From Eledone cirrhosa (Eukaryota), in the NCBI GenBank assembly GCA_964016885.1, contig OZ024742.1, positions 307,706,001 through 307,770,000 on the forward strand: DNA of 64,000 nucleotides. The letters are read 5' to 3'. Within the stretch, counting starts at the first letter, position 1, and the number at the start of each line of letters is the position of its first letter. This document shows positions 50,066 to 63,589 of this stretch, in pieces. The translations under genes were made by a program, and so were the position numbers. The notes beneath the pieces were generated by a model. It was not told the origin of the DNA, searched no databases, and worked only from the letters and a program-made list of their open reading frames with translations.

Positions 50066-50194
50066 TGTTATTTTATTTTATATATAGTTTATTGTTATAT
50101 ATTAATGTTAAAGTTGCATGATTTTTATGTAAAACCCCCGCCGTCATGTCTTGTAGTGTCCCATTTTTGTACGCCCGTGACAAATAAAGAAAGA

Positions 50195-50195
<1 letters not shown>
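50065..50195 (+). mobile_element. Tx1 copy 4, 3' UTR only
   Basis: TATGTAAAACCCCC...GTCCCATTTTTGTACGCCCGTGACAAATAAAGAAAG parallels the other 3' ends; flanked by (TCTA)n. Confidence 0.75.
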
Positions 50196-50269
<74 letters not shown>

Positions 50270-50285
50270 ATATCTATCTATCTAT

Positions 50286-52767
50286 AAGACCGAAAAGGAA
50301 CTGGTAGATAAAGTAGAAGAGGCACTTAGGAGTGGCAACGTAGGCAGCGTGCTAGCGACAAGAACGGCCTTGGACCAGTTCTTCGACAACGAGGCGAAGT
50401 TCTGCGAAAGGCCGATTTCGGCCGCTGAAATAGGGGACGCGCTGAGCCAATGCGGCAAACGCAAATCTCCAGGTCTCGACGGTCTACCCTACACATTTTA
50501 CGTAGCAATGCCGGACTTGTTGTCCGGTCTCCTGGAAGTGGTCTACTGCAACTGGCAGCAGACCGGGAGAATTCCCAGTTCTGTCACCAGGGGCGTAGTC
50601 ACACTAGTCAGGAAGGACGAGAATAAGGGGGATGACATAGGCAACTTCCGGCCCATAACTCTGCTAAACAGAGAGTTACAGATTTTGGCCAAGGTGTTGG
50701 CAAAGAGGCTGGCGCTTGTCGTCGAAAACCTGGTGGGAGAAGCGCAGACATGCTCAATCCCGACCAGGTCCATACACGACAACCTCCACCACATGCGATA
50801 CATCATAGAGAGAATAGGGTGTAAACCTGGCTTCGGTGGGGCCCTGATCAACTTGGATCAGTCTAAGGCTTTCGATAGGGTTCACCATCGTTACCTGGAT
50901 GCGGTGCTCCAGGCGGCAGGCTTCGGACCCGTGTTCAGGGGCTGGATTGTTGCAATGAACAACAGCAACATCTGCTCAAGAGTCAAGGTGAACAGCTACC
51001 TCTCAGAGCCGTTCCATATCACGCGATCCATTCGACAGGGATGCTCTCTCTTCCCCCTTCTGTACGTGCTGACTCTCGATCCACTACTGAGGCAGTTGGA
51101 GCTATTGCAGGGCATCCCTCTGGAACCGGGACTGCGGAAAGCAGCGTCAGTCTACGCCGACGACGTCACAGTAATGGTGTCGAGCACCTCGCAAATCGAG
51201 GAAGTTGGCACCTTACTGAAGGAATACGAAAGTTTCACAGGAGCGAAGCTGAACCGGGACAAGTCCATCGGTTTGCAACTCGGATCGTGGAGAGGCAAAC
51301 CGATGCCTTCCGATGGCGTCGTCGGGCGCTGGACGGAAGGACCGGTAAAGCTGCTCGGGGTCTGGTTTGGTCGGGACCTCCAGGTGGAGAAGAACTGAAA
51401 CGAGGTGACGGCCAAGGTGTTTGCACTCACCCAGAAGTGGGCTGATTGAAAACTATCCTTGAAAGGTCGAGCGGAGGTGGCGAACACTTTTATAGCGTCC
51501 GTCATCTACTACCGCTTGACCATCGTGCCTTGTCCAGCCAAAACGCTCACCAAAATGGAGCGCGCGCTCTTCCAATTCCTTTGGAAGAGCGGGCTCCTTT
51601 GGTGAGAAGATCCCTCTGCTGCCAACACCCTTCAAACAGAGGGCTGGGGATGCCGTGGCTGACGATGCGCAAACACGCGCTCAGGCTGCGGCACCTCCAC
51701 GTACTCCTCACCAGACAACCGGTGTGGGCTCCGTTCGCGAGGCGAGCATTTCCACGACTAGTCTCGCTGACCGAGCTGCAGTCCTGGGTCAAGCAAAGAC
51801 CGAGGAAAATGGGCGACTGGCACATCGAATGTGCTCAGGGGCTCACAACCCTCTGGCAGGTGGACCCGCGCGATCAGTGGAGACTCTTTTTCGTCATTCT
51901 ATAGAGGGTTGGTCCGCAGCAAATGCAACGACGCGCTCGGAGAAACTCTGGGTGTAGAGGAAGAGGAACTGAGCAGTCTGTTCGGTAGAACCTTCGGCCC
52001 GTGACCGATGGACAACTTCCAAAAGTCCCTGGCCTAGCAGTGCTACCGGGGAGCTCTACCAGTTCGAGACAAGCTCTACAGACACGGGCTCCCGGGCAGG
52101 GACCCTTCGAACAAGATCTGTCCGAGATGCGAGCGTGATGAAGAAACCGTCGCGCACGCATTCGTACACTTCCCTGGCGTTACCGACCTGTGGGACTATG
52201 TAGAACGACTATTGTCGCGGGTGGGACCAATCCGGTTGACCACCGAGACCAATGTCATAATCAAACCGCCACCCTCCTTCAAAAACGAAGGAGAGGCGGT
52301 TTTCCTTTGTGTGATAGCTATGGCGAAAGAGGTTGTATGGTGGACAAGGTTAAAAGGTCAGACAACTTTCTCTCCGACCAACAACTGATTCTTTCTTTCA
52401 AATACCACTTTGGAAGAAGAATCAGGATGGAGAGAGAGGTGCTGTACACCAGCAAGTTTTATGAAGGGTGGGTGAAAGTGTCGAGAATGGCCTGAGTGAA
52501 TGGGCCTTCTCTCTATATCAGCCTGTACGTTGAGGAAAAGGAGGAAGAGAGGAAAGGGGTACAAACTCTTCGTACTCCTGGAGATGAGGGTTGCACATTT
52601 TTTTCGGAGGTATGTGTTACCCATATGAAATGTCTCCCCCTATTGGAGAAAATCGATTAACTTTTAAATTACATTTGTGATAATATTTTACACGTATTTA
52701 TTGTATGTAAACTTCCCCCTTTGTATTTATCCCCTTCTTTTGTGCCCCTAGGCTAATAAAGAAACAT
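50286..52767 (+). mobile_element. Tx1 copy 5, 5'-truncated, internally deleted and degraded (3' UTR type b)
   Basis: RT motifs in 50349-51398; jump FFD to EAKFCE removes about 90 codons; stops and frameshifts downstream; 3' UTR nearly identical to copy 2. Confidence 0.92.
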
Positions 52768-53087
52768 ATCTATCTATATATACATATATCTATTGATCGT
52801 ATTTTATATCTATCTAATATATATTTCTCATTCTCATTCCTCTTGCACTTGTTCGTATTCCCCGCATTCGTTCTGTTTTGTTATTTTTATTTAATTCTTC
52901 TTTGGGTAATCCACCAGTGCAGCTGTCAGTTTTCATCATAACGAAGGTGCATATTCGACAATGGACTCAAGCATGTACAGACTTAGTTTGTCATTTAGTA
53001 TAGAACTTCAGTCACATCCAGCTTATGCATTATGATGCAAATGGCGAGGTTGATGGAAATAATGCAGATTATCTAATGGACGAGGTG

Positions 53088-53259
53088 GATTATGATAAGG
53101 ATGATGGTGATGATGATGGCGAAAGTGACGATGATGATGGTGATGGTGATGATCATGGTCATGAGGACTATGACGACGACGACACTACTATTTAAGAAAA
53201 CCATGTGGATGGTGAATATGATGATGATGATGGTGATGATAATGTTTATTATTATTATT
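53088..53259. repeat. Degenerate (GAT)n followed by (TTA)n
   Basis: Directly visible. Confidence 0.85.
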
Positions 53260-54245
53260 TGTTTTCATTTATCTTGCTTTATGTTCATACCAGTTATCAC
53301 CAAGTCACAACCAGTGACTTCAAGTGACAACAAGGTCCGCCATGTTAAAAAGAAACACGCACACACACACATGTATCTTTAGTTGTTTACACTTTTGAAG
53401 TACTTATATTGACAGAATCTTCCTTAGTATATGGGCAGTTCCCATTAGTACTATCTTTTGTATTTCTTCTATACGCGGGTTTCCAGGGATTTGCGATAAG
53501 TAATCATTAGACCCCTTAGGTATCATTCCTAGAGAGCCTACAACCACTGGTATTGTTTTAGTTCTCAACTTTCACATTTTTCCAATCTCTATTTCCAGGT
53601 CTTTATACTTGCTCAATTTTTCAAATGTTTTTATAGATACATTCTTGTCTTTTGGAACGGACATATCAATTAGCAAGCATACCCTCTTTTTAAAGTTCTT
53701 CAGTATTATATCAGGTCTATTTGCATTTATTTTTCGGTCTGTTTGGACGTTAAAGTTCAACAAAATTGAGATGTTACCTTTTTCAAGTACGGGGGTGGTT
53801 GATGGGGCATGTCAAAATGCTTACACATTACCCAATGTATATATTGTGCAGATCTGTCGTGCCCGTTTAGGTATTCGGTTAGAACTATAGGACTGCACAT
53901 TGAAATTATATAATCAATGGTCTCTGGTTGTTTTTTGCATACACGGCATAATGGGTTGCATCCATTTTTTATGTTGTTGGCTTGATAATTTTTTGTTGGC
54001 AGACACTGATCTTGTGCTCCATCAGTCCTCCAGTCCATCAGTTCTCCAGTCTCCGGTTTCAGTCCAGAGGATGCCAACCACTGATGGGGTAAAGTTTTGT
54101 CAACATCAGGATTGTTAGCTCTTTCTGGGTATTTTCCATACAGAGGCTTTTCTTGCCATTTCCTAGCCAGCTTCTGAAGCAGTTCTTTCTGTGCAGTTAC
54201 TTTTACATCCTTTTGTAATCCAAATCTCGGGTTGCTCTTTATCTC
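53260..54245 (-). mobile_element. Second copy of R4/Dong-like family B
   Basis: SSGLKPETG...AQDQCLPTKNYQAN, CRVC, ANRPDII, EKLSKYKDL; 3' UTR matches 3052-3197 and ends in (AAT)n on the minus strand. Confidence 0.9.
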
Positions 54246-54782
54246 TTTTTCTGACTTCAGTTATTGGACTGCAGCTAAGCTTGGACACCACCTTCAAGGG
54301 TTTAAACGATCATGTTGGCTATAAATATTTATAAACAGAATGTAGGAAGAAAGAAAGAAACTACGTACATACATATCAATGGCTTCTGCGTAGTTTCCGT
54401 CTAACAAATTAACTCTCAAAACCACATTGAGACTATCTTTTTAACCAAGCAGCCATATTCATATTCACCACAGATTTTATTGAATACTTTAATGTTATCG
54501 CTTTGGAATGGGTTAACATTTATCGTGGCAATATTATGAGAAAAACTTGACATAAGATATTAAAAGGATATTGCATTTTTGGAGAATCTTTTAAATGAGA
54601 TATAAGTGCCTATATTGTTTTGTTTTGTTTTCTAGATGTTGATATTAAATTATATACTTAATGTATTTCATATTGAATAGTGTTGTGTGCGGCTGTGTGT
54701 GTGGAGTGTGTGTATGTGTGTGTGTGACTTTGTTTGCGTCTCCATGTGATGATATTTATATATATGTGTATATATACATATA

Positions 54783-54834
<52 letters not shown>

Positions 54835-54857
54835 CATACACATGCACACACACACAC

Positions 54858-54947
<90 letters not shown>

Positions 54948-55182
54948 ACATATGTATGTATATATATATGTATATATATGTACAGTGTGTATGCATGTAT
55001 TCGGTATGTTTATAGATATTCGCAAATCTGTTCAACAGTAGTTACCTCTTAACAAGAATCCTCTTAAATGCATTCTTGTAATATTAGTAAATGACACTAG
55101 CCTATCTATCTAACTTCCTACCTATACACCAACCCATTCATACTCTATCACTCGCTGAAGACAAATACATACATGCATGCAT

Positions 55183-55214
<32 letters not shown>

Positions 55215-55281
55215 ACACACACACATACACACACATATACATATACATATATATATATATATATAGTAATAATAATAAATT

Positions 55282-55785
55282 TGAAGACTAAAATCCAAAG
55301 TGGGCTCGATAAGGATAAATATATATCAAATATATAAGAACCGTAGAGCAAATATTTATTAAAATAACAGATTAAAGTTTAAGCAAAAATCGTGGTTTTG
55401 TCTTTGCGTGCAATTGTTCTCAACGCTCCACATATGACGTATTATCTTCGTTTTTTTCCGTTCATTGCCAGAGAACGTCTCTATGAACCATTTAAGAGAA
55501 TATTAGTCTACGACTTCTTTTATACCATAAACGTGGTTCTGTCTTTGCGTGTAATTGGTTTTCACCGCTCCAAATAATGACGTATTATATTCGTTTTTTC
55601 CCGTTCTTTGCCAGGGAACGTTTCCACGAACCAAAGTATCGTCTTTCTGTCTTCCTCCGGTTGCAACGTTTTTTGAAATATTCACTTCTGCGTTTACAGA
55701 TTGACTTTGTTAGTTTCAGAAGATCCCGTTAAGGGTGAAAGCAGCGATTCTTTGCTTAAACTTTAATCTGTTATTTTAGTTAATA
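55282..55785. mobile_element. Short element with terminal inverted segment and internal ~140-bp duplication; shorter relative at 34465-34605
   Basis: TAAAATAACAGATTAAAGTTTAAGCAAA / TTTGCTTAAACTTTAATCTGTTATTTTA; degenerate core CAGAAGA-TCCC..GGGT-GAAA near 55717-55740. Confidence 0.55.
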
Positions 55786-55795
55786 TATATATATA

Positions 55796-55833
<38 letters not shown>

Positions 55834-55914
55834 ATACTTTGGGAGGGTCATGTTGCCAATATCGGTTTCAACACACGATTTCAGATAAAGAATCTTGCTA
55901 AACAAATTCAGAAA

Positions 55915-55967
<53 letters not shown>

Positions 55968-56098
55968 CTGAAGTAAGCGTTAAGAGCACTCAGTCCATAG
56001 GACGAGTTTAGTATAAATAATTACAACAGTGACATAAACAAGTACACAAGTTTCGTTGGGTTCTGGGCACCAACTCATTCAGCATTCAGACTGACAGG

Positions 56099-56195
<97 letters not shown>

Positions 56196-56274
56196 TAACA
56201 GAAATAACAATACAATCGGTACAGTACATGGAAGGGATATATTAGGTTAACGGTTGATATCGCAGGAGGAAGGT

Positions 56275-56308
56275 CTTAACGTTTCGGACGTTAGTCCTTC
56301 ATCAGAAG
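56275..56308 (-). ncRNA. Minimal type I hammerhead ribozyme (family H, in a short element ending in (CA)n)
   Basis: Minus strand: CUU-CUGAUGA-A-GGACuaacGUCC-GAAAC-GUU-AAG. Degenerate plus-strand copy at 57380-57413; 3' half at 40569-40665; matching CUGAUGAAGGA at 6536 and 6667. Confidence 0.75.
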
Positions 56309-57488
56309 AAAGAATGAAAAATAAGATAGATTAAGGGGACGGGTGGGTTGTAATTGGAAAAAAATGTCTTGGGATAAAAATAACAGGTCCATTCATGTTG
56401 ATATCTCTTGCAAAATTATATATATACATATAAATGTGGATGTGTGTATATATCTATCAATATATCTCTCTAAATATGATTTTGTTGGTATCTGTGGTTC
56501 TGTGACTGTGGGGCTCTCTCTGTTTGTACGTATTAAATGAGATGTCTCAATTCTGCATCTTCTGTTAACAAGCAAATATTAGCTTGTGTTTCTTTTCTTT
56601 TTTCCGTCAGCCAAAATTGATATATTTCTTATTAAATACGTTATATCTTTGTTTGTTTGTTAACTTCTTAACTACTTATCCACTTGACTATAACGTCAAG
56701 GAATACCTTTATTTAAGATTTAAATTACTGAAGAAACGAATGATGAAAAGTGTTATGGCAATCATCGTTCACCAACACGATCATCATTGCTGTCATATTC
56801 CCTAAATTGTCATCATAATGATCATCATAGCTAACTTTGTCGCTAATATCATCGACATACCCATTATTGTCACCAACCACCTCTCACCCCTTCCTCCTCA
56901 CCTTGATCATCATCAATTTCATCATCATCACCGTCGACATCTCTATCACAATCATCATGGCGACGACTATAAAATCTAACATTAGCATCGACAGCATCAC
57001 TATCATAAGAGCGGTGAATATTTTGATTCAAATTCATCAAACACATCATGCCATTAAATCAAAGCAAAGTGAAACGCGTGGTCCGAACACGCATATTTTC
57101 CAGAATATATGGTCAACATCTTCTTATATAAGTCTATGTGTACTAACCATAATATACCAACAACTCCCTGTCCTAACAATAACTTAGGAACGACAATCTG
57201 CACTAATTATAACTTAGTAATAACCTCTTGTATATAACACAAACTTAGGTATGACAATCTTTACATTCAATAACTTCGAATTAATCTTTTGTATTAACCC
57301 TAACTTAGTTTCGGCCTCCTGCATTGACAATACTATCCCAAATAAAATTTTCCTGTTCTTCATCTTCTCATCTTTCCATTTTCTAATGAAGGACTAACGT
57401 CCGAAAAATTAAAACCCTTTTCCTTCTATATTAAGAGTTAAAATAACACAAATCTTCATTCTACTGTATCATTGTGCTATGTTGTATA

Positions 57489-57612
<124 letters not shown>

Positions 57613-57656
57613 GGAAAACGAAGATTCAGTGATGCATCGGAAGACAATTTATTAAC

Positions 57657-57745
57657 GTATTACAATTGTTTCTCCAGCGAACAGCTCGAGGTTCGATCTA
57701 TTTGTGGATCAAACCTGACTCTGGATTCGCAAGTTCCTCAGATAC
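57657..57745 (-). ncRNA. Type I hammerhead ribozyme with extended stem II
   Basis: Minus strand: GUAU-CUGAGGA-acuuGCGAA...AGGUUUGAUC-loop-GAUCGAACCU...UUCGCugga-GAAAC-AAUU-GUA-AUAC, then AAUAAA; flanked by (TA)n. Confidence 0.72.
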
Positions 57746-57782
57746 CTCTAGTGACTTCGAAGCAATTCGTCTGTCTATATAC

Positions 57783-57862
<80 letters not shown>

Positions 57863-58173
57863 GACGCACACTCATACATAAATACAAAAACATACACGCA
57901 TGTACACAGAAAATAAGATGACACACGCGCATTTCCATCAATGTTATACAATCCACACACTTACACTGAAGTAATAAAGCACACCCAGTCAGTCTGCACA
58001 CACATAACAGCACCCATGATACACCTGGACTCTCCACATTGGTCCCCCACTACCAAATACCGGACTACTTTCATACCACCCCCAGCATTCTTAATTTTTT
58101 TTGTTCCCCAGGTCTGATGTTCTTTATATATATAGATATATATATGTGTGTGTCTGTGTGTACACACACACAT

Positions 58174-58221
<48 letters not shown>

Positions 58222-58231
<10 letters not shown>

Positions 58232-61200
58232 CTGAGGATGTGTGTGTTAAGGTTTGTAACGTATGCATGTCCACAATTTACAACAGATTCTATTCAAAGT
58301 CGGGATAGTTATAGCCTTTGGTCAGGAAAAGGTCATGAAGCAAAAATGTTTCAAATCCATCAACAATAAGGGCAAAAATCGATCATGATCATTCCCCTCT
58401 CTATAATTTAACTGCTTTACTCTCTCTGTCGCTCTTCACTCCCTATATGACAACACTGCAGAGAGAGAAACAATGTTTATGATCAAATGGAGCGTTCCGT
58501 ATATTCCCTCTCTCTATAATTTAATTGCTTTACTCTCTCTGTGGCTCTTCACTCCCCATATGACAACACTGCAGTGGAGCGTTCCGTATTGAGCGTTCCG
58601 TATTGACATACGGCTTATGTGGGGCATTTTCAATCGGTTTATTGCAAATAGCAACCCGCAAAATAACACTTCACATAACAGATTAATGCTATAGACCGAT
58701 GAATCGGAATGTAACCCGTGAACTTTTTCCTGGGCAAAATTATTCGAACAGACATGACCTCATTGCCAGAGTGTTCAGACTGAAACTGGCTAAACTCATG
58801 GCTTTAATCAAAAAGGGCCAGGTATTTGGGGCTGTAAAATGTGACATGTTCACAGTCGAATGGCAAAAACGAGGGCTGCCACATGCTCACATTTTGATTT
58901 GGTTAGCTGATAAAATCAATTCAAATGCCATAGTCAGCTTCATTTCGGCTGAAATCCCTAACCCAGCAACTGACCAGGAATTACATGACATCTTCAAAGC
59001 TAACATGGTCCGTGTACGTCTGGTCCTAATGAGCATCACACGTGTCTGAAAGGGGGTCGTGCAGTAATGGATACCCCCAAAGATTTGTTGACCAGACTCA
59101 GACTAGTGGCGACGGGTACAGGCGGAGACGGCCCGAGAACGGTGGCTTCACCACAACAGTAAAGGGAGGTCAAGTCGACAATAGATGGGTGGTCCCTTAC
59201 TGCCCGCTTCCCTTGAAGAAGCGGGCAGTAAGGGACCACATCAACGTTGAGTTTTGCAACTCCGTCAAGTCGCTAAAATACATATGCAAATATGTAAATA
59301 AGGGGTCTGATGCCGCAATGTTCGCATTTCATGCTGAAAATAGCAGGGACGAGGTCACAGAATACCTGGCGGGGCGGTACGTCAGTAGCAATGAAGCTTT
59401 TTGGCGCTTATTTGGTTTACCCCTACACCAACGGCACCCCGCCGTAATACAGCTTGCGGTACATTTGGAAAATGGGCAAATGGTTTACTTTACGAACCAA
59501 ACCGCCGCCAAGTTGGCCGCCGATCCGAAAGAGACCACTCTGACGGGTCTCTTCAAACTTTGCCAGTTCGATACATTTGCGCAAACAATTGTGTACCCCC
59601 AGGTTCCATCCTACTTTTTATGGTCGAATAAACACTTGGGTGCGAAGAAAATCAGGTCAGGCTGTTGAAAGACATCCTGATGTAAAATTTGACAGCTGTC
59701 TTGGAAGGGTTTACACTGTGCTCCCAAGTCTTCATGAAGTTGTAGGCCCACAAAGTTTTCAGGACCTCAAAACTGTTGATGGAGAAATATGTGATACGTA
59801 CCGGGAAGCCTGCTTTAAGCGTGGTCTTTTGGAAGATGATTCGCAATGGGATTCCACTTTAACAGAGGGTGCTTTGTTGAAATCACCTAAAGGTCTACGG
59901 GAACTATTTGCCATTTTGCTTCAAAAGTGTGAATTGGGTGATCCCAAATCTTTATGGGTCAAGTACAGAAACTTCATGTCTGAGGACTTCCTGCGCCTAG
60001 CTCATCTGCAGTATACTTCAGTGGAAGTTGGTTACAGCGTCATTATCTACAACAGGGGACTCATTGATATCGAGGACGCCCTCCTCAACATGGGTGGGAG
60101 TGAGTTGGCGACGTATGGCTTGCCGTCAACCGTCAGAGAAGAAGCTAACACGTTGGCCCCGGATTTTTTGCGGAAAACAGCATTTAACATCGAATCCCTT
60201 TCCCAATACTTAGAGGAAAATGAGCCCAAACTTCTGTCGGACCAAAGGTTGGCCTATTTAACTATCATTGACGCGGTTCAAAATAAGACTGGGGGTATTT
60301 ACTTTCTCGATGCTCTTGGGGGTACCGGAAAAACTTTTGTAACGAAATTGATTCTTGCTAAGATTCGTCAGGAGAAAAAAATTTCGTTGGCCGTTGCATC
60401 GTCCGGGATCGTTACTACTTTGCTGCCGGGAGGCAGGACAGCACTTCAACCTTTAAACTCGCCTTGGATTTAATAAAAACTGAGACACCAACATGCAATA
60501 TCAGCAAGAGTTCACACGAAGGTCTGGTTCTCAAAAAATGTTGTTTCATTGTTTGGGATTTGTGCACAATGGCACACAAGGGTAACCTTGATGCATTGGA
60601 CTGGACCCTGATAGACATTACGGATTCTACGGCACCTATGGGTGGCGTAACCCTTCTGCTATCAGGGGATTTTCGGCAAACGCTGCCTGTCATCCCCAAT
60701 GGGACAAGAGGTGATGAAGTGCGTGCCTGCCTTAAGTCGTCCATGTAGTGGTTCTAGGTGAAGAGTTTGTACCTGAACACAAAAATTCGTGCTCATTTGC
60801 ATGGTGAGAACATGTCTACAGCATTTGCTCAGAACATTTTAGCACTGGTGATGGCAAGGTCTCTGCGGATGACAAGGGCGGCATAGCAATCGACTCCCTG
60901 TGCAACATTGTGAGCAGCCCTTCTGACCTTTGGGAAGCAGTTTTTCCTTTAAAAACCTCGATTGGCTCAGCGAAACAGCCATCCTTGCTCCGGAAAATAA
61001 TATGGTTAATTTTATTAACGAGCAGCTGATTGAGAAGAATCCCGGTAAAGAGCACATCTTCAAATCTATCGACCGGACGTCAGACCCCGACGATATCGTT
61101 AATTATCCGGTTGAGTTATTAAATTCCCTTGAGCCTCCAGGGCTCCCACCTCACATTCTTAAGTTTAGCGTTGGCTGTCCCATTATGCTAATAAGGAACT

Positions 61201-61893
61201 TGCGTCCACCAAAGCAGTGCAACGGTACTCACATGGTCGTCAAGTCACTGACACCCCACTTGGTTGAGGCCATCATTGTAACGGGGTGCAGGAGAGGGGA
61301 GAATGTTTTCATTCCAAGGATGAACCTTTACCCCTAGGCGTCAGATGCCCTGTTCGATTTCCGGCAATCCCAATTCCCGGTTAGACCATGTTTTGCCATG
61401 TCCATTAATAAGTCACAAAAGCAAACATTGTCGGTGGCGGGCATCCATTTGCGGGAGCCATGCTTCTCCCATGGCCAACTTTATGTTGCCTGTTCCCGCG
61501 TAGGGAGCAGGAATGGACTTTTTGCTTACACTCCTCAAGGGATGATGCGCAATACCGTCTACAAAGTGGTGCTATAGATGTTGGTGCAGGCGTTGGAGGT
61601 GCTGGAGCTATGCTGTCTGGAAAACTGATAAGGTCACCCATCGCGGACAGATCTGACACCCAGCGGCATCAGGGCCTCAATCTTGCAAATTTGGTCTACT
61701 AAATTCGCTATTGGAAGATTATTAACCCATCATTGATTGTCCAAAATGCTAATTGGTTCGTAACTTTTAATAACCGGTTCAACTGCTTTATGCACTTAAT
61801 TGATAAGCGTATTCGCTTTCAAGCCACGTTTACCTGTATGTAACTTTTCATAGCAAATGAACAAACCCGAGTAACGCCGGGCTAAACTGCTAG
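58222..61893 (+). mobile_element. Helitron (decayed, probably 5'-internally deleted)
   Basis: Rep and helicase remnants; 3' hairpin CCCGAGTAACGCCGGG followed by CTAG|T at 61890-61894; inserted in (TA)n. Confidence 0.92.
58699..61577 (+). pseudogene. Helitron RepHel (HUH endonuclease plus Pif1-like SF1 helicase), multiple frameshifts and stops
   Basis: VEWQKRGLPHAHIL (HUH), KYICKYVNKGSD (Y2), GGTGKT, LAVASSGI, SGDFRQTLPVI, PIMLIRNL..CNGT, INKSQ, GQLYVACSRV. Confidence 0.93.
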
Positions 61894-63589
61894 TATATAT
61901 ATATATACTTCCAATGAAGATCATGCTTCCAATGAAAACGCACTCACATTTGAATTACACTTCATTTCATATAATTTTTCGTCGGTAAGTTTAATAACCG
62001 CATGTTTGTTTTGTTGTTAATTGTTAACTCTCTTTCGTCACACATTCTGTGACCTCTTCAGTGACTACTTTTGTTATTTTATAGATACAAGATGTTGTAT
62101 AACAGAACAAAGAGGAGACACAAATTAACAAAAAGGGACAAAATGTAATATAATGTATACTTCGTTTTTGTATTTATTTTGCAAAATTGCTTATCTGAAA
62201 ACGTGTATTGAAATAGATATTGTTATACTTTGGGAGGGTCATGCTGCCAATAAAAACACATGCACCTGTTGTTTTTCACTTCAATTTATTATAATTTCCA
62301 GTCGGTTAGTTTAATAACCGGTTGGTTGTTTATTTGCTTATTGTCAAAGCACTTTCGTCACATATTCTGTGACCTCCTCAGTGACTAATCTCTTATTGTG
62401 TGTCTCTCCTTTTTCTCTGTCCTACACCATATTGCCTATGATGTATGTTTCCATGTTTTTGTGTGTGTACGCAATAGATTCTGCATAACACAATATTTGA
62501 GAAGAGCCTCAGTTAAATATTTTATTTTTAAAATAATTAATTTTTTCTTGAAGAATCTGATGCTGAGACCTATTATGTAGGAGTTTGACAGCCAAATTTA
62601 CTTGACAATATCTACATTAAGAATCTAAATATTTGCTAGTTATTCTGATACTTGTTTTTTCTTTTACCTGCTAATACGATGCATGTGATGTAAGATTTGT
62701 GTGCTTGATGTTTAACTACAACCAATTCCTCGGTTTTCAGAAATCTTTAGAATTATATGTTTTGCTGAGTAATACAAAGAAGAGATAATGCTAGAATCTT
62801 ATGAGATAAGAACAACTAATTGACAATGACAACACACTTGTAATGTTACGTAAAAATCGATTATTAAACCACCAATGATACTTGTGACATATATCCGCTT
62901 CTAGAAATATGCTCTTCGATTGTTGGGCAATCTTGAATTCATGACTATACAAATACTATCGCAAATATAATCTGTATCTGCTTTCTGTTTGAAATATTAA
63001 TGCTACAACTATTTCTGTTCCATTAAACGTGTAAGCTTTGTATCACTTGATAAACAACCCTATGAACCTCAGTCGGTTTCGTCGACGAATCTTCTAGCTT
63101 CTTGATCAACAGAATGTCTTGCTCATGAAATTATCGTGCAAGCGCTGAAATTTCCAAAGGCACGTGTGCCGGAAGAGTGCTAAGGTTCGTTTTGCCCTTA
63201 GTCACGTGGGAAGGGCCATGATCTATTTTGTAAGATCTGTGATTGATGGGAAGGAGAGACTGAGGTACGTTGCAACCGAAAGGACACTAAACATAACCCA
63301 GAAATCAATAATATTATATATATTAATATAAATATTACTTATATAAATAACTTGAAACCTATTATATTTCGTTGAAGGTTCGTACCAGAAGCTATACCTA
63401 AAATGTCTGCAGCTGATATTGACCCCATTTCAAGCTAAACAAAATGATGTTATCTATTAAGATATTTACTTTAAAATCCCTTTAAATGTAAAATATTTTC
63501 GATAGCCAGATTAATTCTAAAGATTTTCTTTCTTATTCGTGATCCTTTTCGTGACATAATAGACTGATGCAAAGGAGAGAAATGGGAGA

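Noticed and set aside
42864-52624. Many overlapping or antisense ORFs within the LINE array (e.g. 43758-44474 minus, 238 aa)
   Set aside because: Shadows of the GC-richer ORF1/ORF2 and of the low-complexity Pro/Thr region; no independent motifs.
48434-52767. Tx1 array as an assembly artefact or segmental duplication
   Set aside because: Copies differ in truncation point, sequence and 3' UTR, as expected for independent insertions.
61578-61702. Possible Helitron-captured gene fragment after the RepHel stop
   Set aside because: Short, with no recognisable domain; indistinguishable from 3' UTR without a search.
63058-63120. Hammerhead-like string on minus (CUGUUGA...GAAACC...GGUU)
   Set aside because: Core mismatch and no convincing stem I or II; could be chance.
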